From NCBI GenBank assembly GCA_963667465.2, contig CAXXDN010000002.1, forward strand, positions 1,152,001-1,216,000: a stretch of 64,000 nucleotides of DNA. Direction: 5' to 3'. Shown one piece after another: positions 19,925 to 27,418 of the stretch; position 1 is the stretch's first letter; each line of letters begins with the position of its first letter. The notes under the pieces are model-generated. The model was not told the origin of the DNA and made no database searches. It saw only the letters and a program-made list of their open reading frames with translations. The translations under genes and the position numbers were made by a program. The stretch is from Dehalococcoidia bacterium (GTDB lineage Bacteria > Chloroflexota > Dehalococcoidia > UBA2979).

Positions 19925-21171
19925 CGACGACCCGAGAACTGCAGCGCGTCCTGGTCACGGGCATCGGGGCGGTCACGCCGATCGGCGGCGACGCGGCCTC
20001 GTACTGGGATGGCCTGCGCAACGGCCAGAACGGCATCGGGCGCGTCACGCTCTGCGACCCCGAGGGTTTGCCCGTGCAGATCAGCGGCGAGGTCAAGGAC
20101 TTCGACCCGGAGCAGCACCTCGACCGCCGCGTCGCGCGCCGCACCGCGCGCTTCGCCCAGTTCGCCGTCGCCGCCGGCCGCGAAGCCCTCGAGGACGCGG
20201 GCCGCGCCGGAGACGGGGAGCTGCAGGACGAGATCGGCGTCGTCATGGCGACCTCGGGCGACGCGTTCGAGATGGGCATCCCCTACATGGAGATGGAGCG
20301 CCGCGGCCCGATGCGGGCCGACCCCTTCATCATCACGCGCTCCGGCCAGCACATGGGCGCGGCGCGCGTCGCGCGTGAGCTCGGGCTGCGCGGCCCCAAC
20401 ACCACGATCAACACCGCCTGCGCCTCCGGCACGGACGCCCTCGGGCACGCGCTCAACCTGATCCGCCTCGGACAGACCCAGGCGCTGCTCGCTGGCGGTA
20501 CCGAGGCGCTGATCGGCCGTCTCTCGCTCGCCTCGATGGGCCGCCTCGGCGCGCTCACCCGCAACAACGAGGATCCGGAGCACGCCTGCCGCCCGTTCGA
20601 CAAGGACCGCGACGGCTTCGTGCTCGGCGAGGGCGCCGGCGTACTGCTGCTCGAGTCCGAGCAGTCCGCCCTCGAGCGCGGCGCGCGCGTCTACGCCGAA
20701 CTGGCCGGCGCCGGCTGGTCCTTCGACGCCACCGACGACACCGCCCCCGACCCCGAGGGCGAGTCGCTGGCGATGAAGCGCGCGATGGACGACGCCGGCA
20801 TCGACCCGTCCGAGGTGGACTACATCAACGCCCACGGCACCAGCACGCAGTACAACGACCGCAGCGAGACGCGCGCCGTGAAGCTCGCCCTCGGCGAGCA
20901 AAACGCCTACAACATCGCGATCTCCTCGACGAAGTCGATGACGGGCCATCTCGCGGCGGGCGCCGGGGGCATCGAGGCGATCGCGGCGCTGTTCGCGATG
21001 CACTACGGCTGTATCCCGCCAACGATCAACTACGAGACGCCGGACCCGGACTGCGACCTGGACATCGTGCCGAACGAGGCGCGCGAGGCGGACCTGCGGG
21101 TCGTACTCTCCAACTCGTTCGGCCTCGGCGGGCAGAACGCCTGCGTCGTCTTCCGCCGCTACGAGCCGTAG
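19921..21171 (+). CDS. fabF: Beta-ketoacyl-ACP synthase II-like (divergent)
   Basis: VLVTGIGAVTPIG, TACASG, RPFDKDRDGFVLGEGAG, YINAHGTST, KSMTGH, SNSFGLGGQN; GTGA overlap. Confidence 0.85.
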   Translation: MTTTRELQRVLVTGIGAVTPIGGDAASYWDGLRNGQNGIGRVTLCDPEGLPVQISGEVKDFDPEQHLDRRVARRTARFAQFAVAAGREALEDAGRAGDGELQDEIGVVMATSGDAFEMGIPYMEMERRGPMRADPFIITRSGQHMGAARVARELGLRGPNTTINTACASGTDALGHALNLIRLGQTQALLAGGTEALIGRLSLASMGRLGALTRNNEDPEHACRPFDKDRDGFVLGEGAGVLLLESEQSALERGARVYAELAGAGWSFDATDDTAPDPEGESLAMKRAMDDAGIDPSEVDYINAHGTSTQYNDRSETRAVKLALGEQNAYNIAISSTKSMTGHLAAGAGGIEAIAALFAMHYGCIPPTINYETPDPDCDLDIVPNEAREADLRVVLSNSFGLGGQNACVVFRRYEP

Positions 21172-21190
21172 CAGCCGCGACCCGGCCCGC

Positions 21191-21589
21191 TCAGCCGCCC
21201 AGCCGCAGCTCGCCCGCCCACTCCTCGACGCCAACCTCGAGGTCGCAGGAGACGCGGTCGCCTTCGGCCGCGAGCGAGCCGTCGACGCCGTCGACGACGA
21301 ACGAGGCGCGCACCTGCGCCGCGCCCGTCTCGTCTCCTGCGAGCACGGAGCCGGCCTCGAGCGAGCCGTTCAGCTCGCCCCGCTCCGCGTCGACGGCGGT
21401 CACATAGCCCTCGGAGAGCGGGACCTCGCCCTCGCGGCCGAGCAGCCAGACGAGGGTCCACGAAACCTCGATGCCCGGCGCCTCCCCGGCGGCTCCATCG
21501 AGCACGACCTGGAAGCGGCCGTCGAGCAGCTCCTCGCGCTCGCTGACCTCGCCCTCGACCCGGAGGCGCCGCGGCACGGACTCGCTCAT
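21191..21589 (-). CDS. Hypothetical acidic protein
   Basis: Typical codon bias; ATGA overlap with upstream phosphatase. Confidence 0.65.
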   Translation of the reverse strand: MSESVPRRLRVEGEVSEREELLDGRFQVVLDGAAGEAPGIEVSWTLVWLLGREGEVPLSEGYVTAVDAERGELNGSLEAGSVLAGDETGAAQVRASFVVDGVDGSLAAEGDRVSCDLEVGVEEWAGELRLGG

Positions 21590-22224
21590 GCGTCGCTGAG
21601 CCACGGCTCGGTCTGCGGGCCGCCGAGCGAGCGCAGGTGGCAGGTGTCGTTGAGGCTGCGGAGGGTGAGCCTGCCGTCCTGCGCCACGCTGACCGCGGTG
21701 ATGCCGCAGTTGGCGGTGTAGATCTGCGCGTACTCCCCGTCGCCGAGGCCGCAGATGCGGCCGACCGCCGCACCGAGCACGCCGCCGTGCAGCACCGCGA
21801 CGGCGGTCCCCTCCCGATGGCGCTCGGCGAGCGCGCCGACCTGGCGGGCGACGCGGTCGCGGAAAGCCGTCGAGCCTTCCTCGCCCGGGATGCTCCCGCG
21901 TCCCCAGGCGCGCCCGACGACGTCGAAGCGCTCGCGCACCTCGTCCCAGCTCAGGCCCTCTGCCTCGCCGAAGCCGTACTCCTGCAGGTCGGGCACTTCG
22001 ATCACCTCGTGGCCGATGTGCGTAGCGACGATGTCCGCCGTCTCTCGCGCGCGCCGCAGGTGGCTGGAGTAGAGCGCGTCGATCTCGACGCCGGCGAGGC
22101 GGCGACCGGCGGCCTCGGCCTGCTCACGTCCCAGCGACGTCAGCGCGTAGTGCGTCAGCTGGCCCTGCACGACGCGCGCGAGGTTGCCCTCGGACTCTCC
22201 ATGGCGGAGCAGCAGCAGCGTCAC
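21586..22224 (-). CDS. Histidine phosphatase / phosphoglycerate mutase family protein
   Basis: LLRHGES, SSHLRRARETA, LHGG, LNDTCHL. Confidence 0.9.
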   Translation of the reverse strand: MTLLLLRHGESEGNLARVVQGQLTHYALTSLGREQAEAAGRRLAGVEIDALYSSHLRRARETADIVATHIGHEVIEVPDLQEYGFGEAEGLSWDEVRERFDVVGRAWGRGSIPGEEGSTAFRDRVARQVGALAERHREGTAVAVLHGGVLGAAVGRICGLGDGEYAQIYTANCGITAVSVAQDGRLTLRSLNDTCHLRSLGGPQTEPWLSDA

Positions 22225-22778
22225 GACGCATCCTCGAGCAGCTGCAGGAAGTTGGCGACGACACGGGCGGTGGCGCCGAAGATCAGGTGCTCGCCGTAGC
22301 GGTAGGCCGGCATCACCGGCCCGTCCGGCCGCGCGGTCCACTCGAGGGCGTCGCCTGAGATCAGCAGGTCCAGTGGCACCTCGAGCAGCTCGGCCACCTC
22401 TATCTCTGCGAAGCGGAAGGGGTACGGTCCCGGCCGCGTGATCGCGCCGACGAACGGCGTCATCACGAAGTGCGAGCGCGTCGGCACGTCGTCGAGGCGA
22501 CCGAACAGCTCGACATCGGAGGCGGGGACGCCGATCTCCTCCTCGGTCTCGCGCAGGCAGGTCACCTCGAGCGTGCCGTCCCCGGCGTCCTGCGCACCGC
22601 CGGGGAAGCTGATCTCGCCCTTGTGGTGCTCGACGTGGTGGGTGCGGACCTGGAACAGCAGGTGCTCGACGCCGTCGCGCTCGTAGAGCAGCAGCAGCAC
22701 GGCGGCCGGGGCGAGGGCGTCATCGTCCAGTGGCGTCGCCTCGTGGGCCTCGACGATCTCGCGGATGCGTTGACGCAT
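22221..22778 (-). CDS. Nudix hydrolase, CoA pyrophosphatase type
   Basis: AAVLLLL, HKGEISFPGG, LRETEEEIG, IFGATA. Confidence 0.9.
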   Translation of the reverse strand: MRQRIREIVEAHEATPLDDDALAPAAVLLLLYERDGVEHLLFQVRTHHVEHHKGEISFPGGAQDAGDGTLEVTCLRETEEEIGVPASDVELFGRLDDVPTRSHFVMTPFVGAITRPGPYPFRFAEIEVAELLEVPLDLLISGDALEWTARPDGPVMPAYRYGEHLIFGATARVVANFLQLLEDAS

Positions 22779-22934
22779 CAGGATGTTTTCACCCTCCGTG
22801 ATGTTCCGGCCTCGCGGCCTGGATGTCGTGAGACTCCGTATACTATGCAGGTGGCGGCTCCTCACGCGAGGCGGCCGGCCGATGTGGCCCGGGCTGGACG
22901 GCGAGGCAGAGGCACGCACACCGGAGGTCGAGCA

Positions 22935-23597
22935 ATGCTGAGACTTGTCGAGGAAATCGTCCTGCTCCTGCTCCGCGACGACGACGGGACGTTCGTGCGC
23001 GTGCCCAGCTGGTCACGCAACTACGCCATCGCCGGCGGCGTGCTGATGGACCTGGCGATGGAGAACCGCATCGACACGGACCTCGAGAACCTGATCCTGA
23101 TCGACGACACGCCGACCGGCGACAGCCTGCTCGACCCGACGCTGGCGGACATCGCGGCGGGTGAAACGCAGGGCGCACGCTACTGGGTGGAGCGCACGGC
23201 GGAGCACGCCGATGCGATCCAGGACGAAGCGCTCTCCCGGCTGATCGAGCACGGCATCCTCGAGCGCCGCGACGACCGCTTCCTCTGGGTGTTCAAGTCG
23301 AGGCGCTACCCGACGATCGATGGTCGGGCCGAGCGCGAGGTCAAGCTGCGCATCATGGGCGTGCTGTTCAGCGACGACATCCCGGACCCGCGTGACGTGA
23401 CCGTCATCTGCCTGGCCGACGCCTGCGACATCTTCAAGGAACTGCTGACCAGTCGCGAGCTGGAGCAGGCAGCACCGCGAATCGAGCAGGTCCGCAAGCT
23501 CGACCTGATCGGGCAGGCGATGTCCGGGGCGATTCGCGACATCGAGGTCTCGGTGGCCGCCTCGGTCGCCGCCTCGATCGATGGTCACGTCTACTAG
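22935..23597 (+). CDS. GPP34/GOLPH3-family phosphoprotein
   Basis: LVEEIVLLLL, AGGVLMDLAMENRI, PTGDSLLD, SRRYP; ATG 22935 with GGAGG. Confidence 0.8.
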   Translation: MLRLVEEIVLLLLRDDDGTFVRVPSWSRNYAIAGGVLMDLAMENRIDTDLENLILIDDTPTGDSLLDPTLADIAAGETQGARYWVERTAEHADAIQDEALSRLIEHGILERRDDRFLWVFKSRRYPTIDGRAEREVKLRIMGVLFSDDIPDPRDVTVICLADACDIFKELLTSRELEQAAPRIEQVRKLDLIGQAMSGAIRDIEVSVAASVAASIDGHVY

Positions 23598-23602
23598 GCG
23601 GG

Positions 23603-23760
23603 CTACTCCTCGACCGGTTCGACCCGCACGGTTCGACCCGCACATCGGGCAGCCATTCGAGCCACGACGGCAGGTGCCAGTTGCGGCTGCCCGGCAGCTC
23701 CATGCTGGCCGGCACGAGCACGGACCTCACGAGCATCGGAAGTAGGAGCGCGTCACCGCC
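23603..23760 (-). pseudogene. 3' remnant of an MMPL/RND transporter gene
   Basis: LVRSVLVPASMELPGSRNWHLPSWLEWLPD resembles MMPL C-termini; 14-nt duplication at 23615-23642 shifts the ending VEPVEE*. Confidence 0.6.
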
Positions 23761-23900
23761 ACCATCGGGATGCGGACGAGCAGGAGGCCGATCACCGGAA
23801 GCGGTCACGGGTGCGCATGGTACCGGGCAGCCTCGAGGGCCGCGATGTCGCGCCTGCGCGGCTCGCACCGGAGAGGGGGAACACCGGGTCATCGAGGGTT

Positions 23901-23942
23901 AAAGCGAAACCGCACACTCCCGGTTGCCCGGATGTGCGCGGT
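23901..23942 (-). terminator. Intrinsic terminator-like hairpin
   Basis: Minus strand ACCGCGCACATCCGG-GCAA-CCGGGAGTGTGCGGT followed by TTCGCTTT. Confidence 0.55.
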
Positions 23943-24141
23943 CTCTCGCCTCGCTGGATTCCGCTGTTCCCTGGAAGCCTCCTGCGGATCTTGGCTTCCG
24001 GGACACCCCCGCTCGGCTGATGAAGAGACTAGGGGATCGCGCGGTAGCCGTGGGCGGATTTCGGCCCTACTTGAGCACAACCCGTGCGCAATACATCCAC
24101 CGTCGTCGACAATTGTGCCTCGAGGAACCGTTGCGCCTCGA

Positions 24142-25515
24142 TCAGCCGCTCGGCGGGCCGGCCGCGGCCGTCTCCTCCTCCAGGTACGGCATGATCGATT
24201 CGATCAGGTCGGTCCGCGAGTCCAGCGTGCGGCCGATCCCCGAGAGCAGACCCATCACGCGCGCGATCAGCACCACGTCGCCCGGTACCTCGACGAGCGG
24301 GTTCGCGCGCAGCACGCGGCCGAGCCGCACGTTGACCTCGGCGAACAGCCGTTGGTCGGCGTAGGCCTGCCCGGAGCGCAGCACATCACCGAGGAACGCC
24401 TCGCCCAGCTCGTAGTAGGTCTCCTCGTCGCGCACGCGGGTGCGGAAGCCCATGTCCTCCATCGCCGCTGACACATCGGCGCGGTGCTGCGCGATGATCG
24501 CGCTGGTCAGCACCACCACCTGCTGCCGGAACTCGTCCGGCAGCCGCTTCGTCAGCCCGAAGTCGACGAGGCCGATGCGGTGCGGCTGGCCATCCCGTGA
24601 GGGCAGCACGAACAGGTTGCCGGGGTGCGGGTCGGCATGGAACATGCCGCGCCTCAGGATCATCACGTTGTAGATGTCGATCAGCGAGTCCGCGACCTGC
24701 GCCGCGTCCACGCCGGCCTCGCGCAGCGCCTCAACGTTCGTGATCTTGATGCCGTCGAGGTAGTCCATCGTCAGCACGCGGCGGCTGGAGCGCTCCCAGT
24801 AGATGCGCGGGACCACCACGTCCTCGCGGTCCTGGAGCAGCGCCGCGATCTCCTCGGCGGCATCGCCCTCGTGGACGAAGTCGATCTCATCGGGTGCGTT
24901 GCGCTGCATCTCGGAGGCGATCGGGCGAAAGTCGATCACCGTCTCGATGCGCGCCCAGATCGCCGTCAGCCAGCCGATCGTCTCGAGGTCCCACGCGACG
25001 ATCCGCTCGATGCCGGGATACTGCACCTTGACGGCGACATCCGTGCCGTCGTGCAGCCGCGCGCGGTAGACCTGCGCCAGCGAGGCGGCAGCGACGGCCC
25101 CCCTGTCGAACTCGGCGAACAGCTCGTCGACGGAGCCGCCCAGTTCGCGCTCGATCAGCGGACGCAGCTCATCCCAGGGCCGCGGCGGCACGGCATCGTG
25201 CACGAGCGAAAGCGTCTCCACGTACTCCTCGCGGAGGATGTCGGCGCGGCTGCCGAGGAATTGCACGGCCTTGATGATCAGGCCCTGCTGGCGAATCGAG
25301 CGGCGCACGATCGCCCGGGCTGCGGCGAGATGGAAACGCTCGGTCGCTTCGGGCAGTTCGGAGCGCAGCAGGCGGCGCCTGAGCCTCAGCCAGCGCCAGC
25401 GCAGCCAGAGCAGCACGACGGTCGCCGCCAGCGGTACGAAGCGCCGCCAGCGCCCCGACGGTGGGCGCGGCGCGATGTCGGCGTAGGCGCCGCTCACGGC
25501 AGCATCCGCGTGCAT
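24142..25515 (-). CDS. ABC1/UbiB (AarF) atypical kinase
   Basis: AAASLAQVYRA, VAVKVQYPGI, FHADPHPGN, VDFG. Confidence 0.93.
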   Translation of the reverse strand: MHADAAVSGAYADIAPRPPSGRWRRFVPLAATVVLLWLRWRWLRLRRRLLRSELPEATERFHLAAARAIVRRSIRQQGLIIKAVQFLGSRADILREEYVETLSLVHDAVPPRPWDELRPLIERELGGSVDELFAEFDRGAVAAASLAQVYRARLHDGTDVAVKVQYPGIERIVAWDLETIGWLTAIWARIETVIDFRPIASEMQRNAPDEIDFVHEGDAAEEIAALLQDREDVVVPRIYWERSSRRVLTMDYLDGIKITNVEALREAGVDAAQVADSLIDIYNVMILRRGMFHADPHPGNLFVLPSRDGQPHRIGLVDFGLTKRLPDEFRQQVVVLTSAIIAQHRADVSAAMEDMGFRTRVRDEETYYELGEAFLGDVLRSGQAYADQRLFAEVNVRLGRVLRANPLVEVPGDVVLIARVMGLLSGIGRTLDSRTDLIESIMPYLEEETAAAGPPSG

Positions 25516-25544
25516 GTTTCGGTCATTGGAGTACGATCCAGTGG

Positions 25545-26747
25545 ATGGCGATCTTCAATCCGTTTCTGCCCTCGTTCCAGGCCGACCCGTATCCCCAGTA
25601 CGCCGCCCTGCGCGCCGAAGAACCCGTCCATTTCAGTCTCGCGCTCCAGGCCTGGGTGCTGACCGCCTACGAGGACTGCGCTCTGGTCCTGCGTAACGAT
25701 GAGACCTTCTCCTCCAGCTCCAACACCGCCTCGGGACAGCTGGCGGAGGTCCTGCAGCAGCAACGGCGCGAGTTCCCGCTGGGCGAGACGCCGACCGTGC
25801 TCAACTCTGACCCGCCCGTGCACACCCGCCTCCGCAGCCTGCTCAACCGCGCCTTCACCCCGCGCGCCATCGAGGGCCTGCGCCCGCGCATCGAGGAGAT
25901 CGCTGCCTCGCTGCTGGACGACATCGACGCCTCGAACGGACGCTTCGACGTCGCCACGGGCTTCGCGCAACCCCTTCCAATCATCGTAATCGCGGAGCTG
26001 CTGGGAGTCCCGCCCGAGGATCGCGACCGCTTCAAGCGCTGGTCGGTCGCGATCGCGCGCACGACGGACGTGTTCAACACGCCCGCCATCCTCGAGGCAG
26101 CGCGCGCTGCCACCCGCGAACTGATCGCCTACATGGACGAGGTGGTGGCACAGCGCCGTGAGGCGCCCGGCGCCGACATCCTGACCGCGCTCGCCGCCGC
26201 CGAGCAGGAGGGCGAGCGCCTCTCGCACGATGAGCTGCTGGCGTTCTCGATCCTTTTGCTGCTCGCGGGCCACGAGACCACCAGCAACCTGATCGGCAAT
26301 GGCCTGGTCGCCCTTGCCGCGCGTCCGGAGCTGGTCGCGCGCCTGCGCTCCGAGCCGTCGCTGCTGCCCTCGGCGGTCGAGGAGTTGCTGCGCTACGACA
26401 GCAGCGTGCAGGGCGTCGTGCGCTTCGCGCGGCGGCGCACGGAGCTGGGAGGCCGCACGATCGAGCAGGGTGCAGCGCTGCTGCCGATGGTCGGCGCCGC
26501 CAACCGCGATCCGGCGCAGTTCAGCAAGCCCGAGGAGCTCGACATCGAGCGCTCGCCGAATCGCCACCTCGCGTTCGGGCGGGGCATCCACTTCTGCCTC
26601 GGCGCCCCGCTCGCCCGCCTCGAGGGCGAGGTCGCCTTCGCCGCGCTGCTCGATCGCTTCCCGCAGCTGCGCGTCGCGGAGGGCGGCGTCGAGCGCAGCG
26701 GCACGCTGCTGCTGCGCGGCGTAGGGCGGCTCGAGCTGGGGGTCTGA
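25545..26747 (+). CDS. Cytochrome P450
   Basis: DPPVHTRLR, AGHETT, EELLR, FGRGIHFCLG heme motif. Confidence 0.95.
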   Translation: MAIFNPFLPSFQADPYPQYAALRAEEPVHFSLALQAWVLTAYEDCALVLRNDETFSSSSNTASGQLAEVLQQQRREFPLGETPTVLNSDPPVHTRLRSLLNRAFTPRAIEGLRPRIEEIAASLLDDIDASNGRFDVATGFAQPLPIIVIAELLGVPPEDRDRFKRWSVAIARTTDVFNTPAILEAARAATRELIAYMDEVVAQRREAPGADILTALAAAEQEGERLSHDELLAFSILLLLAGHETTSNLIGNGLVALAARPELVARLRSEPSLLPSAVEELLRYDSSVQGVVRFARRRTELGGRTIEQGAALLPMVGAANRDPAQFSKPEELDIERSPNRHLAFGRGIHFCLGAPLARLEGEVAFAALLDRFPQLRVAEGGVERSGTLLLRGVGRLELGV

Positions 26748-26788
26748 GCCGCGCGGGTGCGGCGTAGCGCTATGGCAGAATGCGCGCC

Positions 26789-27154
26789 ATGAGCGAGACA
26801 CCCGGCTACGACCGCGACAACGTCTTCGCGCGCATCCTGCGCGACGAGATCCCCAGCGACCGCGTCTACGAGGACGGCGAGTTCATCGCCTTCCGCGACA
26901 TCAACCCGGCCGCCCCCACGCACATCGTGCTGATCCCCCGCGGCGAGCCGCCCGCCGGTCCCGGCGGCCTCGAGGGCGCTGACGCCGGCTGGGCAGGCCG
27001 GATGCTCGTCGCCGCCTCGCGGATCGCGGCGCAGGAGGGGCTGGCGGAGGACGGCTACCGGCTGGTGCTGAACAACGGCCGCAACGCCGGGCAGGAAGTC
27101 CCGCACATCCACCTGCACATCCTCGGCGGCGGCCCGCTCGGCCCGATCGCCTGA
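26789..27154 (+). CDS. HIT (histidine triad) family protein
   Basis: AFRDINPAAPTH, GQEVPHIHLHILGG. Confidence 0.92.
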   Translation: MSETPGYDRDNVFARILRDEIPSDRVYEDGEFIAFRDINPAAPTHIVLIPRGEPPAGPGGLEGADAGWAGRMLVAASRIAAQEGLAEDGYRLVLNNGRNAGQEVPHIHLHILGGGPLGPIA

Positions 27155-27241
27155 GGCCGCGCGCGGCGAGGCGCCAACGGGGCTCGGAGGGCGGACCGGC
27201 CATTCGCAGTCCGCGTGTACCCTAGCGACGCCGCGTGGAGT

Positions 27242-27318
27242 GGGCCCGTAGCTCAGCGGCCTAGAGCAGTCGGCTCATAACCGATCGGTCCCAGGTTCGA
27301 ATCCTGGCGGGCCCACCA
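27242..27318 (+). tRNA. tRNA-Ile2 (CAT anticodon, lysidine-type)
   Basis: GGGCCCG acceptor, anticodon arm GTCGG-CTCATAA-CCGAT, GGTTCGAATCC, ends ACCA; sequence pattern of Ile2 rather than Met. Confidence 0.9.
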
Positions 27319-27418
27319 GAGCTGGACAAAATCGAGAACCTTCGCCAGCCGGTTCAGGCTGATCCCGTACGCGGTGCGCGCGGCTCCGGGCGCAAGCGCC
27401 GGGTGGCGCCCGGAGCGG

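Noticed and set aside
24017-24023. Hammerhead core CTGATGA, or a SAM, FMN or c-di-AMP riboswitch in this intergenic region
   Set aside because: The remaining conserved elements of those families are not present
27242-27318. tRNA-Met or tRNA-fMet
   Set aside because: Paired 1:72 and no GGG/CCC anticodon stem; sequence pattern fits Ile2, though a tRNA classifier should confirm
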